From the NCBI GenBank assembly GCA_019912665.1, contig JAIOIE010000018.1, forward strand, positions 286,590 through 350,589: a stretch of 64,000 nt of DNA, read 5' to 3'. This DNA is from Deltaproteobacteria bacterium. Its GTDB lineage: Bacteria > Desulfobacterota > GWC2-55-46. The position numbers and the translations under genes are program-made. This document shows, piece by piece, positions 8,739-18,034 of this stretch; position 1 is the first letter of the stretch, and every line of letters starts with the position of its first letter. The notes under the pieces were generated by a model. It searched no databases. It saw nothing but the letters and a program-made list of their open reading frames with translations, and was not told the origin of the DNA.

Positions 8739-9155
8739 CTACCCGCCCTTTTTTCCCGTCCCTTTTTTGCCGCCCTTTGTGCCGGGTTTAGCGGTGGCGG
8801 AGCGCTTCAATTTATCCGCGACCTCCGTGGCCGGCGCCTCGGCCCAGAGCCCTTCTAGGTCGTAGAAAGACCTTATATGCTCGAGGAAGACATGGACCAC
8901 GACGTCGTTATAATCCATGAGCGCCCACTTCCCTTCGGCGGCGCCTTCGGTGCCGAGAGGCCGCTCACCGGCTTTTCTCAACCCGTCTTCCACGGCATTG
9001 ACTATGGCCTGCACCTGCCTCTCGGATTCCGCGCTGCAAATGACGAGGTAGTCCGAGACTGTGGAAAGTTTCTTTATGTTCAGAATGACAACCTTCTCGG
9101 CCTTCTTGTCGAGGGCGAGCCTTGCGATCTCGAGCGCCTTCTTCTTTGGTTCCAG
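8739..9155 (-). CDS. rsfS: ribosomal silencing factor RsfS (iojap), probable non-canonical CTG start
   Basis: C-terminal DYNDVVVHVFLEHIRSFYDLEGLW is the RsfS signature. The conserved N-terminal part (LEIARLALDKKAEKVVILNIKKLSTVSDYLVICSAESERQVQAIVNAV) is in frame upstream of the first canonical start (GTG at 9012-9014), but no ATG/GTG/TTG precedes it before the in-frame TAA. CTG at complement 9153-9155 sits 8 nt after an AAGGAG SD. Lys-rich C-terminal tail. Confidence 0.65.
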   Translation of the reverse strand: MEPKKKALEIARLALDKKAEKVVILNIKKLSTVSDYLVICSAESERQVQAIVNAVEDGLRKAGERPLGTEGAAEGKWALMDYNDVVVHVFLEHIRSFYDLEGLWAEAPATEVADKLKRSATAKPGTKGGKKGTGKKGG

Positions 9156-9229
9156 TTTAAGAGCTCCTTGATGGATTTTTGGAGGCCTCCCCCCCGTTTA
9201 CGGACGGACTGCCTTGGCAGCGGCCTGGC

Positions 9230-9871
9230 TCATTTATAAAGCTCCTGCTCTTCTATGAGTTTACGGACACTCTCGGGCACGAGGTACCTTATCGAGAGGC
9301 CGCTACGCACTTTTTCCCTTATGGCCGAAGAAGAGATGTCCATAAGAGTCGTATTCAGGTAAGTTATAGAGATACCGGCGGAATTGACGTAGGCGCCGGT
9401 TTCCGAATCATACCAGAACTTACGGGCCACTTCAACCGGCAACACCTCACCGGGCTTTTTTACCGGGTGGCCGGGCCTCGGCACGACTATGAGGCTTGAG
9501 AGGTTCAGAAGCTCCTCGTACTCGTACCATGAGGTTATATCGTTGAAAGAGTCGTTCCCTATTATGAGGCTTACAGAGGATTCCGGCCGCTCCCTCTTAA
9601 GCTCCCTCACGGTCTCGACCGTAAACGACCTGCCCCCGCGCCGTATCTCGATATCCGAGGCCTCGAAGCCGGGGTTCGCCTCTATGGCGCGCTGTACGAG
9701 CTCATAGCGCGCCTCGGGAGGCGTAAGCGACTCCCTCAACTTATGCGGGGTTATATGCGTCGGCACAAAGACCACGCGCTCGAACGAAAGCGCCTCCCTC
9801 GCCTCCTCGGCTATCCTAAGGTGGCCCAAATGTATGGGATTGAAGGTGCCCCCGAAGATCGCTATCCGCAT
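9230..9871 (-). CDS. nadD: nicotinate-nucleotide adenylyltransferase
   Basis: GGTFNPIHLGH (H/T)xGH motif at the N-terminus and a C-terminal ISSSAIR-type motif. Confidence 0.9.
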   Translation of the reverse strand: MRIAIFGGTFNPIHLGHLRIAEEAREALSFERVVFVPTHITPHKLRESLTPPEARYELVQRAIEANPGFEASDIEIRRGGRSFTVETVRELKRERPESSVSLIIGNDSFNDITSWYEYEELLNLSSLIVVPRPGHPVKKPGEVLPVEVARKFWYDSETGAYVNSAGISITYLNTTLMDISSSAIREKVRSGLSIRYLVPESVRKLIEEQELYK

Positions 9872-10024
9872 TAAAAAAGTTCTCTCAAAGAATTTTAGCC
9901 CTGATTTCCGGTGGATATGCTATCCCATAGGGTCTCTGCTGTCAACGGTTAAGGGGTGCCCCGGCCCTTCCTTCCATTTCCCTTCCGCATATAGTAAAAT
10001 TTCGGTTGTAGGAGATATTCTTAT

Positions 10025-11350
10025 ATGGAACTTGAGCTTTTCAATGATAGCCGAAGCGGGCTGAACCCTGCACCGCTTGCCGAGAGGATGCGGCCAAAAG
10101 ACCTTTCGGGTTTTGTAGGGCAGGAGCACCTTCTTGGAGAGGGGAAGCTCCTGGACAGGGCAATAAAGAAAGGCGAACTTCCTTCCCTTATCCTCTGGGG
10201 GCCGCCCGGCACCGGCAAGACAACAATCGCCAGGATAGTTGCGGAGGCTTCGAAATCGGAGTTCATCGAGTTCTCGGCGGTCCTCTCGGGCGTAAAGGAG
10301 ATAAGGGAAGTAATAAAGGTCGCAAAAGACAACCTCCGGCGCGGCAAAAAGACCGTCCTTTTCGTGGACGAGATACACAGGTTCAACAAGGCTCAGCAGG
10401 ACGCGTTCCTCCATAGCGTGGAGGACGGCACCATAACCCTCATAGGGGCGACGACCGAGAACCCGTCTTTCGAGGTAAACGCGCCGCTCCTATCGAGGTG
10501 CAAGGTGCTGGTGCTCGAATCCCTCTCTTCAGAGGCGCTCAATGAAATACTTGGGCGCGCCATGAAGGACAAGGAGCGCGGGCTCGGCGGCTATAGGGCC
10601 GAGCTTGAGGAGGGTGTCCTTGATTTCCTCTCCGAGATATCGGCGGGAGACGCGAGAACGGCGCTAAACGCCCTTGAGGCCGCCTACATGCTTACCGAGC
10701 CGGACCCCGAAGGGGTAAGGCATATAAGCCTCAAGGCCGCCGAGGAGGCTGTGCAGAGGAAGGCCATTCTCTACGACAAGGGCGGCGAGGAGCATTATAA
10801 CGTCATCTCGGCTTTCATAAAATCCATGAGGGGGAGCGACCCGCACGCGGCGATCTATTGGCTCGCGAGAATGGTCGAGGCAGGCGAAGACCCTCTCTTT
10901 ATCGCAAGGCGCATGGTCATATTCGCCTCGGAGGACATCGGGAACGCCGACCCTGCGGCCCTCAGGCTGGCGGTCGACGTAAAGGACGCGGTCGATTTCG
11001 TTGGAATGCCGGAGGGCTGGATACCGCTGGCGCACGGGGTCGCCTATCTCGCGACCGCCCCGAAATCCAACGCCTCGTATCTCGCCTATCTCGAAGCCGC
11101 GGGAGACGTAAAGAAGCACGGCGCCCTCCCCGTGCCGCTCCATATAAGGAACGCGCCCACAAGCCTCATGAAAGGGCTCGGCTACGGCAAGGGTTACAAG
11201 TACCCGCACAGCTTCAAGGACGCGGAGGTCGAGCAGGAATACCTGCCGGAGTCCCTAAAGGGCAGGACCTACTACCGGCCGAACGAGAGGGGCCATGAAG
11301 GGAAAATCGCCGAAAGGATGAAGGGAAAAGGAAAAAACGAACAAAAATAA
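10025..11350 (+). CDS. rarA: replication-associated recombination protein A (AAA+ ATPase)
   Basis: 441 aa. Walker A GPPGTGKTT, Walker B VLFVDEIHRFNK, and MgsA/RarA C-terminal domains. Confidence 0.9.
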   Translation: MELELFNDSRSGLNPAPLAERMRPKDLSGFVGQEHLLGEGKLLDRAIKKGELPSLILWGPPGTGKTTIARIVAEASKSEFIEFSAVLSGVKEIREVIKVAKDNLRRGKKTVLFVDEIHRFNKAQQDAFLHSVEDGTITLIGATTENPSFEVNAPLLSRCKVLVLESLSSEALNEILGRAMKDKERGLGGYRAELEEGVLDFLSEISAGDARTALNALEAAYMLTEPDPEGVRHISLKAAEEAVQRKAILYDKGGEEHYNVISAFIKSMRGSDPHAAIYWLARMVEAGEDPLFIARRMVIFASEDIGNADPAALRLAVDVKDAVDFVGMPEGWIPLAHGVAYLATAPKSNASYLAYLEAAGDVKKHGALPVPLHIRNAPTSLMKGLGYGKGYKYPHSFKDAEVEQEYLPESLKGRTYYRPNERGHEGKIAERMKGKGKNEQK

Positions 11351-11386
11351 AGAGGTTAAAAAGAAGCCGTACAGGAACTAATCCGA

Positions 11387-11402
11387 TGTGACCTGAGTCA
11401 CA
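11387..11402. promoter_or_regulatory. CRP/FNR-family consensus binding site TGTGA-N6-TCACA
   Basis: TGTGACCTGAGTCACA is an exact TGTGA-N6-TCACA match. It lies in the rarA / ACT-gene intergenic region, about 150 nt upstream of the ACT-domain gene start. Confidence 0.35.
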
Positions 11403-11550
11403 GAAGGACCGGCCGAAAACCTCTAAAAGAAAGGAGGGGTTTAAAAAAAATAAAAAATCGGATCTGCCGTAAACCGATTCTTTTCCAAACCTCCCACATC
11501 CACCCCGACCCGCACCAGGACACATCTTTTAAAAAAGAAAGGAAGGCGCT

Positions 11551-12060
11551 GTGAAAAGATACGCGCTCTTGGCTGCGGGTCCCAAGGACAGGAAGCTCAC
11601 AGAACTCTTCTGCTCGCTTAAGGAGAGCGGGTGCCTGGTCGGGGATTCCATAATATCGTCCTTTGGCGGCCACTTCGCAGCCGCAATGGAAGTCCTCGGA
11701 AAGGACCGGAAGACCTTTGTTAAGGCGGTAAACAGGGTAACCGGCTTATTGACCCTGAAGTCAAAGGAGCTTGCAATTGCAAAAAGCCGGACCTTCGGAA
11801 ACGTGCATATAATGCTCCACGGCCCGAACAGGCCCGACGCTCTCTACACGGTCTCGAAACTCCTTGACAGCTCCAAAGCGGCAGTGACATGCATTGAGTC
11901 CAAGACCGATTCAGGGGGGATGCTCTTCGCGGTAACAATAGAGGCCTATTGCCCTTCCAGGTCCGCCCGGAAGAAGCTTGAGGGCCGCATCCATTCCCTT
12001 GCCCGGCGGCTCGGCATTAAATCCTCTGTAAGCCTCCTGGACTCAGGCGATATCCCCTGA
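11551..12060 (+). CDS. tandem ACT-domain protein (GcvR / UPF0237-like)
   Basis: 169 aa with two ACT-like halves (YALLAAGPKDRKLTELFCSLKESGCLV... and ...MLFAVTIEAY...). GTG start. Confidence 0.55.
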   Translation: MKRYALLAAGPKDRKLTELFCSLKESGCLVGDSIISSFGGHFAAAMEVLGKDRKTFVKAVNRVTGLLTLKSKELAIAKSRTFGNVHIMLHGPNRPDALYTVSKLLDSSKAAVTCIESKTDSGGMLFAVTIEAYCPSRSARKKLEGRIHSLARRLGIKSSVSLLDSGDIP

Positions 12061-12121
12061 TCTTGTATACACACTCCGTCCCGCCCCACGTTAAGCGGGT
12101 TGACGAAGGCCGTCCCGCCCG

Positions 12122-12166
12122 AAAAGCATTGTCAACCTACTATACGTTTAGGTTGACAATGCTTTT
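12122..12166. promoter_or_regulatory. bioO-like (BirA operator-like) palindrome overlapping putative bio promoter
   Basis: Perfect 17-bp inverted repeat AAAAGCATTGTCAACCT-N11-AGGTTGACAATGCTTTT. The TTGTCAACC half-sites resemble E. coli bioO TTGTAAACC. It embeds TTGACA, and the TACTATACG loop carries a -10-like hexamer. It sits 50 nt upstream of bioB. Confidence 0.6.
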
Positions 12167-12216
12167 GCCCTATGCTATTCAATCTTAGGAACACACTTCA
12201 AATCCCCGGAAAAATA

Positions 12217-13200
12217 ATGGAAACCATACTGAAGACTGCCCTTGAAAAAGGCCTCTCCGGAGTCGGCCTATCCGAAGGCGAAGCCCTTGACTTTGCAAGC
12301 CTCCCGGATTCGTCCATTTACGAAATACTCGCAATTACCGAGAAGGTCAGGCGTCATCACAAAGGGGTCGAGGTAAACCTCTGCGCCATCGTAAACGCCA
12401 AGAGCGGCCTCTGCAAGGAGGACTGCTCTTTCTGCTCCCAGTCCGTGAAGTATCCCACTGGCGCAGCCGAATACCCCATGTCCGGGCCCTCTGACATTCT
12501 CAGCGCGGCGCGGGAGGCGGCAAGGACCGGGGCGCGCGAGTTCTCGATAGTCACAAGCGGCACAAGAATAGAAAAGGAAAAGGACATCTCCGCCCTTTCC
12601 GAAGCCATAAGAGGAATGCGGGGCATGGAGCTTGAAAGCTGCGCCTCGCTCGGGATGCTTACGAGAGAGACTCTTAATAGGCTTAAAGAGAGCGGACTTG
12701 AAAGCTACCACCATAACCTCGAAACCGGACGGAGTTTCTTCCAGAAGGTCTGCACGACCCACGACTACGAAGAGGACGTGGCGGTCGTAAGGGCAGCAAA
12801 GGAACTCGGGTTTCACGTCTGCTCGGGCGGGATATTCGGGCTCGGAGAAGGCTGGGAGGTAAGGATAGAGCTCCTTTCCACCTTAAGGGAGCTTGAGGTC
12901 GATTCCATCCCGATTAATTTCCTCAACCCCAGGCCCGGAACGCCCCTTGAAGGCGCCAATCATCTTACCCCCATAGAGTGCCTCAGAATAATCGCGCTTG
13001 CCCGTCTCATGCTGCCGGCGAGGGACATCATCATCTGCGGCGGGAGACAAGTGAACCTCCGCGACCTCCAGCCCCTCATATTCGCGGCAGGCGCGAACGG
13101 CATGATGATAGGCAACTACCTCACCACACCCGGGAGGGCCCCGGAAGACGACCTCCGGATGCTCTCGGACCTGGGCCTCAAGCCCCGGGGCTACAATTAA
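12217..13200 (+). CDS. bioB: biotin synthase (radical SAM)
   Basis: CKEDCSFCSQS is a CxxxCxxC radical-SAM motif. The downstream YHHNLET and C-terminal regions are typical. Start taken at METILK (12217) rather than the ORF-track start at 12172. Confidence 0.9.
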   Translation: METILKTALEKGLSGVGLSEGEALDFASLPDSSIYEILAITEKVRRHHKGVEVNLCAIVNAKSGLCKEDCSFCSQSVKYPTGAAEYPMSGPSDILSAAREAARTGAREFSIVTSGTRIEKEKDISALSEAIRGMRGMELESCASLGMLTRETLNRLKESGLESYHHNLETGRSFFQKVCTTHDYEEDVAVVRAAKELGFHVCSGGIFGLGEGWEVRIELLSTLRELEVDSIPINFLNPRPGTPLEGANHLTPIECLRIIALARLMLPARDIIICGGRQVNLRDLQPLIFAAGANGMMIGNYLTTPGRAPEDDLRMLSDLGLKPRGYN

Positions 13201-13210
13201 TCTTTCCAAG

Positions 13211-14374
13211 ATGAACCCCATGCTCGAATATATCGACGAGGAGCTCTTGAGGCTCGATTCCCTCGGCTTACTGCGCAATCTTAAGACCATTCACGGGCCG
13301 CAGGGGCCAAAGGCCGTCGTAAACGGCAGGGAAGCGCTTATCATGTGCTCGAACGACTACCTGGGCCTTGCCGGCCACCCGCTCGTAAAAGAAGCCGCGA
13401 TCGAGGCCGTTCAGAAGTGGGGGGCCGGGGCCGGGGCATCAAGGCTCGTCTCAGGCACAATGGAGCCCCACGTCATGCTGGAAGAACGGATAAAAAGCTT
13501 CAAAAGGGCCGATGCCGCTCTCCTCTTCAATTCCGGCTATAATGCTAACCTCGGCGTGATCTCCGCCCTTCTGGACAGGTCCTCCGAGGTATTCTCGGAT
13601 AAACTGAACCATGCCTCCATCGTTGATGCCTGCGTCCTCAGCAGGGCCAAAGTCAGGAGATATCCATCAAGGGACGTAAACGTCCTTGAAAGGCTCCTCA
13701 AGGCCTCGCAGGCTAAAAAGAAGCTGGTAGTGACCGACAGCGTCTTCAGCATGGACGGGACCATAGCGCCGCTACGGGATATCACAGGCCTTCTGGACAG
13801 ATACGGCGCCATGCTCCTTGTGGACGACGCGCACGCGACAGGCGTCCTTGGCCCCGGAGGCCGCGGGAGCCTCGAGCATTTCAATATCAGCCACCCGGCC
13901 GTCATTACAATGGGCACTCTCGGGAAGGCGCTCGGCTCATTCGGAGCGTTCATAACAGGGAGCAGCGCCTTAATAGACCTTATGGTCTCAAAGGCACGGC
14001 CGTTCATCTACACGACGGCCCTTCCGCCCTCGGTCTGCGGCGCGGCTATCAAGGCGTTCGATATCGTGGAGAACGAGCCTGGGCTCAGGCAAAGGCTCTG
14101 GGAGAATACGGCACGGCTTAAGGAAGGCCTTTCAAGGCTGGGGCTCGATATTTTGGGGAGCGAAACGCCCATCGTCCCCATAAAGGTCGGCACCGCAAAA
14201 AAAGCGGTCGATATATCGGACAGGCTCCTTGAAAATGGTGTCTTCATACAGGCCATCAGGCCTCCGACCGTGCCCGAGGGGACCTCGCGCCTCCGGATGA
14301 CCTTATCCGCATCGCACACGGCGGAGGACATCGATTCCGCGCTTTCCGCGCTGAGGGAGGCCCTCGATGGCTGA
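13211..14374 (+). CDS. bioF: 8-amino-7-oxononanoate synthase
   Basis: PLP-dependent class-II aminotransferase. Motifs SNDYLGL, DDAHATG and the TLGKALG PLP-lysine region. Confidence 0.9.
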   Translation: MNPMLEYIDEELLRLDSLGLLRNLKTIHGPQGPKAVVNGREALIMCSNDYLGLAGHPLVKEAAIEAVQKWGAGAGASRLVSGTMEPHVMLEERIKSFKRADAALLFNSGYNANLGVISALLDRSSEVFSDKLNHASIVDACVLSRAKVRRYPSRDVNVLERLLKASQAKKKLVVTDSVFSMDGTIAPLRDITGLLDRYGAMLLVDDAHATGVLGPGGRGSLEHFNISHPAVITMGTLGKALGSFGAFITGSSALIDLMVSKARPFIYTTALPPSVCGAAIKAFDIVENEPGLRQRLWENTARLKEGLSRLGLDILGSETPIVPIKVGTAKKAVDISDRLLENGVFIQAIRPPTVPEGTSRLRMTLSASHTAEDIDSALSALREALDG

Positions 14375-15149
14375 AGCATTCGTATTCGTCCACGGATGGG
14401 CGACCGACAGCCGCGTCTGGGACGTGGCGGCAAAAAGGCGCGGGGGCGGACATATAATGGTGGACCTGCCCGGCCACGGCGGGGAAAGGGCTTGGGACGA
14501 GCCTACCCTTACCCCGGCGATACGGGAGCTATCTGTGCGCACACAAGGCATCAAGGGCGCAGTCGGCATAGGATGGTCCCTCGGCTCCGAGGTACTTATT
14601 GCGGCATACCCGGCCCTTAAGGAGAGATTCCGCGCCCTCATACTCGTCGGCTCGACCCCGTGTTTCGTTTCGAAGGAAGATTTCCCCTGGGGCCAGTCAA
14701 GGGCGCTCGTGAAACGCATGATAATGGACATGAAAAAAGACCCGGCCTCCACGGTCGAGAGGTTCTATAAGCTCAATTTCACGGACGAGGAGCTGGCTTC
14801 TCCGGGGGCGTCGGCCTTTCTCGAGCGATACAGGTATCCGGGACCGATATCCTGCGAAGGCCCGGTGCCGGGCTGCTTCCCCTCTTTCAGGTACGGCGAG
14901 ATGACGAAGGCCCTTGAGGCCCTTTACGCTGCCGACCTGCGGGACAGGCTAAAGGAGATAGAAGTACCCGTCCTCCTCGTCCACGGGGAGATGGACACCG
15001 TTTGCCCGCCAGGGGCCGCAATGTACATGGCCGAAAATATAAAAGACGCCAGGCTCGAAATAGTGAAGGGGACCGGGCACGCGCCGTTCATTACAAATAC
15101 TGATTCATTCATGTCCGTCGTAAACGAGTTTATTTCTTTGTTAGAGTAG
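14367..15149 (+). CDS. bioH: pimeloyl-ACP methyl ester esterase (alpha/beta hydrolase)
   Basis: VFVHGWA..., GWSLGS nucleophile elbow, C-terminal GHAPF. Position between bioF and bioC. Overlaps bioF by 8 nt. Confidence 0.75.
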   Translation: MAEAFVFVHGWATDSRVWDVAAKRRGGGHIMVDLPGHGGERAWDEPTLTPAIRELSVRTQGIKGAVGIGWSLGSEVLIAAYPALKERFRALILVGSTPCFVSKEDFPWGQSRALVKRMIMDMKKDPASTVERFYKLNFTDEELASPGASAFLERYRYPGPISCEGPVPGCFPSFRYGEMTKALEALYAADLRDRLKEIEVPVLLVHGEMDTVCPPGAAMYMAENIKDARLEIVKGTGHAPFITNTDSFMSVVNEFISLLE

Positions 15150-15156
15150 GAATTGC

Positions 15157-15963
15157 ATGCTCAAGGCCTGTTTCGATAAATCAGCGGTAAAGAGATCCTT
15201 TTCACGGGCGGCCTCTTCCTATGACAGGTTCGCGGATTTCCAGCACGAAGCCGCGAAGGAGGTCTCGGCAGCGCTCAGGGATCTCCTTCCGGAAGGCGGG
15301 GACGGCAAAGGCATATCCGTACTCGACATAGGCTGCGGCACAGGTTCGCTCGCGGAGCTTATACTGTCATCTCTTCCAGAGGCACGGGTCTACGGATGCG
15401 ACCTCGCCCTCCCCATGCTCTGCAGGGCCGTGGAAAAGCTGGGGCAAAGGCTTTCCGGGCTCGCCGGGGCGGACTGCGAAGCCCTTCCGTTCAGGGATTC
15501 CTCTTTCGATTGCGCGGCATCGAGCCTTACATACCAGTGGGCCGGGGACCTCTCCTCGGCCATGGCCGAGGCTTATCGCGTATTGAAGCCAGGCGGCCTC
15601 TTCGCTCTCTCGACGCTCGGGCCGGAAACCCTGTCCGAATTGAGGGAATGCTACCCCGGATATCGGGGGCTTGAGTTCAAAGATTCGGATGAAATCCTGA
15701 TGGAGACGAAGAGGGCCGGTCTTGAAGCAATAAGTTTGGATAAAAGGCTTGTAAAAAAGGTCTACAAGGATTTCTTTGAGCTGCTCCGGACCCTTAAGCA
15801 CATCGGCGCCTCCCCTCCGCTTGAGCGCGGCAAGGGGCTTTCTCCCGGAAGGGAGCTCAAGGAGGCAGGCGAAGCATATGCACGCAAGTTCCCGGCCAAA
15901 GGCCAGGGCGTTATTGCAAGCTACGAGCTTATATTGATCACGGCAAGGAAAAAAAATCAATGA
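15157..15963 (+). CDS. bioC: malonyl-ACP O-methyltransferase
   Basis: SAM-MTase motif VLDIGCGTG, and FDxxxSxxxxQW, typical of BioC. Lies in the bio operon. Confidence 0.8.
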   Translation: MLKACFDKSAVKRSFSRAASSYDRFADFQHEAAKEVSAALRDLLPEGGDGKGISVLDIGCGTGSLAELILSSLPEARVYGCDLALPMLCRAVEKLGQRLSGLAGADCEALPFRDSSFDCAASSLTYQWAGDLSSAMAEAYRVLKPGGLFALSTLGPETLSELRECYPGYRGLEFKDSDEILMETKRAGLEAISLDKRLVKKVYKDFFELLRTLKHIGASPPLERGKGLSPGRELKEAGEAYARKFPAKGQGVIASYELILITARKKNQ

Positions 15964-17330
15964 ACAGGAAGACAGCACGGCTCATACAACTCGACAGGAA
16001 ATACGTCTGGCACCCGTTCACGCAGATGCGCGAATGGGAGGCTTCCGACCCCCTCGTAATCGAACGGGGGCGGGGCAGCTATCTCATCGATACGGAAGGC
16101 AGGCGCTACCTTGACGGCGTATCTTCCCTTTGGGTCAATGTCCACGGCCACAGGAAAAGGGAGATCGACCGGGCCATAAAGGCCCAGCTCGGGCGCATTG
16201 CGCATTCAACGCTCCTCGGGCTCGCGAATGTCCCCTCCATAGAGCTTGCAGAAAGGCTCGTAAAGATTGCGCCAAAGGGGCTTACGAAGGTCTTCTATTC
16301 GGATAACGGCTCGACCTCCGTGGAGATAGCCCTGAAGATGGCCTTCCAGTATTGGGAAGAAACCGGAAAGCCCAGAAAGAAAAGGTTCATAGCTTTCACA
16401 GGGGCCTACCACGGCGATACCTTCGGCTCCATGAGCGTCGGGGAGATAGATATATTCGTAAAGAAGTACCGGCCGCTCCTCTTCAGGCCCTTCCGCGCTC
16501 CATACCCGTACTGCTACAGGTGCCCGGTCAAGGCGAAAAAGGCCTTCCCGGACTGCAAGACCGCCTGCCTTCGCTCGTTCGAGGAGATACTTAAGAAGCA
16601 CCACAAGGATATAGCCGCGTGCGTCATAGAACCCCTCCTTCAGGGCGCGGCAGGCATGGTCGTATCGCCCCCAGGGTTCCTCAAGGAGGTGAGGAGGCTT
16701 ACAAAGAAATACGACGTCCTCCTAATAGCCGACGAGGTGGCTACAGGCTTCGGGAGGACTGGACGCATGTTCGCCTGCGACGCCGAAAGGGTCTCCCCGG
16801 ACTTCCTCTGCCTTGCGAAAGGACTCACGGGCGGCTACCTGCCCCTTGCCGCGACCCTCACGACAGAGAAGGTCTACAGGGCCTTCCTGGGAAAATACGA
16901 AGAGTACAAGAGCTTCTTCCACGGACACACCTATACCGGCAACCAGCTCGGGTGCGCTGCCGCCATCGCAAGCCTCGATATATTTGAAAAGGAGAAGGTG
17001 CCGCAAAAACTCGCCGCGAAAGTCCATACTTTCAACGGGTTACTGGAGAAGCTTAAAGGACTGCCGCATGTCGGCGACGTGAGGCGGATAGGGCTTGTCG
17101 CAGGGATAGAGATCGTGAAGGACAAAAGGACGAAAGAGGCCTACCCTGCCCGTGAGCGTGTGGGCTACCGGGCGTGCCTCCACGCCAGGGACTACGGGGT
17201 AATACTCCGGCCCCTCGGGGACGTGGTTGTTATAATGCCGCCCCTGAGCGCCACCGAAAAGGAAATAGAGAAAATAATCGATGCGGCCTATGGGGGAATA
17301 AGGGACGTAACGGAGGGCGCGAAAGCGTGA
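15960..17330 (+). CDS. bioA: adenosylmethionine-8-amino-7-oxononanoate aminotransferase
   Basis: Class-III aminotransferase. Motifs [33 protein letters not shown] overlap with the bioC stop. Confidence 0.9.
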   Translation: MNRKTARLIQLDRKYVWHPFTQMREWEASDPLVIERGRGSYLIDTEGRRYLDGVSSLWVNVHGHRKREIDRAIKAQLGRIAHSTLLGLANVPSIELAERLVKIAPKGLTKVFYSDNGSTSVEIALKMAFQYWEETGKPRKKRFIAFTGAYHGDTFGSMSVGEIDIFVKKYRPLLFRPFRAPYPYCYRCPVKAKKAFPDCKTACLRSFEEILKKHHKDIAACVIEPLLQGAAGMVVSPPGFLKEVRRLTKKYDVLLIADEVATGFGRTGRMFACDAERVSPDFLCLAKGLTGGYLPLAATLTTEKVYRAFLGKYEEYKSFFHGHTYTGNQLGCAAAIASLDIFEKEKVPQKLAAKVHTFNGLLEKLKGLPHVGDVRRIGLVAGIEIVKDKRTKEAYPARERVGYRACLHARDYGVILRPLGDVVVIMPPLSATEKEIEKIIDAAYGGIRDVTEGAKA

Positions 17331-18016
17331 AACGCTCCTTCTTCATAACAGGGACCGACACAGGCGTAGGCAAAACCGAGGTCGCCTGCATGCTCGCAAG
17401 GGCCTTCCGGGCTGCGGGCCTTAAGCCCGGGGTCATGAAGCCTGTGGAGACCGGCTGCCCTGAAAGAGACGGCAGACTTCTCCCGATGGACGCATTGAAG
17501 CTCAAAGAGGCATCCGGCACTGACGCGGACCTCGACCTCATAAACCCATACAGGTTCGCGCCTCCGCTTGCGCCTATTACCGCCTCTGAACTTTCAGGCA
17601 TAAGTATCGATTTTCAAAAAATAAAATCATGCGCTAAAGAGCTTTCAAATACACATGACGTCATGCTCGTCGAGGGTGCGGGCGGACTCCTCACGCCTAT
17701 TGTTCAAGGAAAATACATGGCCGATCTTGCCCTCGACCTCGGCCTTCCTATCATCATCGTTTCAGCCAACCGGCTCGGCACAATCAACCACACCTTGCTT
17801 ACGGCCAGGTGCGCCGCCGCCCTGAGGCTAAAGGTTGCCGGCATCATACTCAACAACCCCGCACCCCGCAGAGACGACTTGAGCCTTACCCATAACAGGG
17901 CCGAACTGGAACGGCTCTCGCCCGCGCCCGTCCTCTTCGAAGCGCCATTCTCATCAAAAAACAAGGCCCCCTTCCTTCCGGAAGAGGGCCTTGTCGCAGG
18001 CCTTTTACGGGCCTGA
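17327..18016 (+). CDS. bioD: dethiobiotin synthetase
   Basis: GTG start overlapping the bioA stop (gcGTGA): [18 protein letters not shown]-loop, then EGAGGLLTP. 229 aa. The ORF-track start at 17174 adds an Arg-rich non-coding-looking extension. Confidence 0.85.
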   Translation: MKRSFFITGTDTGVGKTEVACMLARAFRAAGLKPGVMKPVETGCPERDGRLLPMDALKLKEASGTDADLDLINPYRFAPPLAPITASELSGISIDFQKIKSCAKELSNTHDVMLVEGAGGLLTPIVQGKYMADLALDLGLPIIIVSANRLGTINHTLLTARCAAALRLKVAGIILNNPAPRRDDLSLTHNRAELERLSPAPVLFEAPFSSKNKAPFLPEEGLVAGLLRA

Positions 18017-18025
18017 CTCCTTTTT
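17997..18025 (+). terminator. putative rho-independent terminator of the bio operon
   Basis: CAGGCC-ttttacg-GGCCTG hairpin overlapping the bioD stop, followed by actccTTTTT. Confidence 0.35.
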
Positions 18026-18034
18026 AAAACCCGC

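Noticed and set aside
11398-11673. 91-aa minus-strand ORF in the rarA / ACT-gene intergenic region
   Set aside because: It overlaps the start of the ACT-domain gene on the opposite strand. Trp/Phe-rich odd composition, no SD. More likely non-coding spacer containing the CRP-like site.
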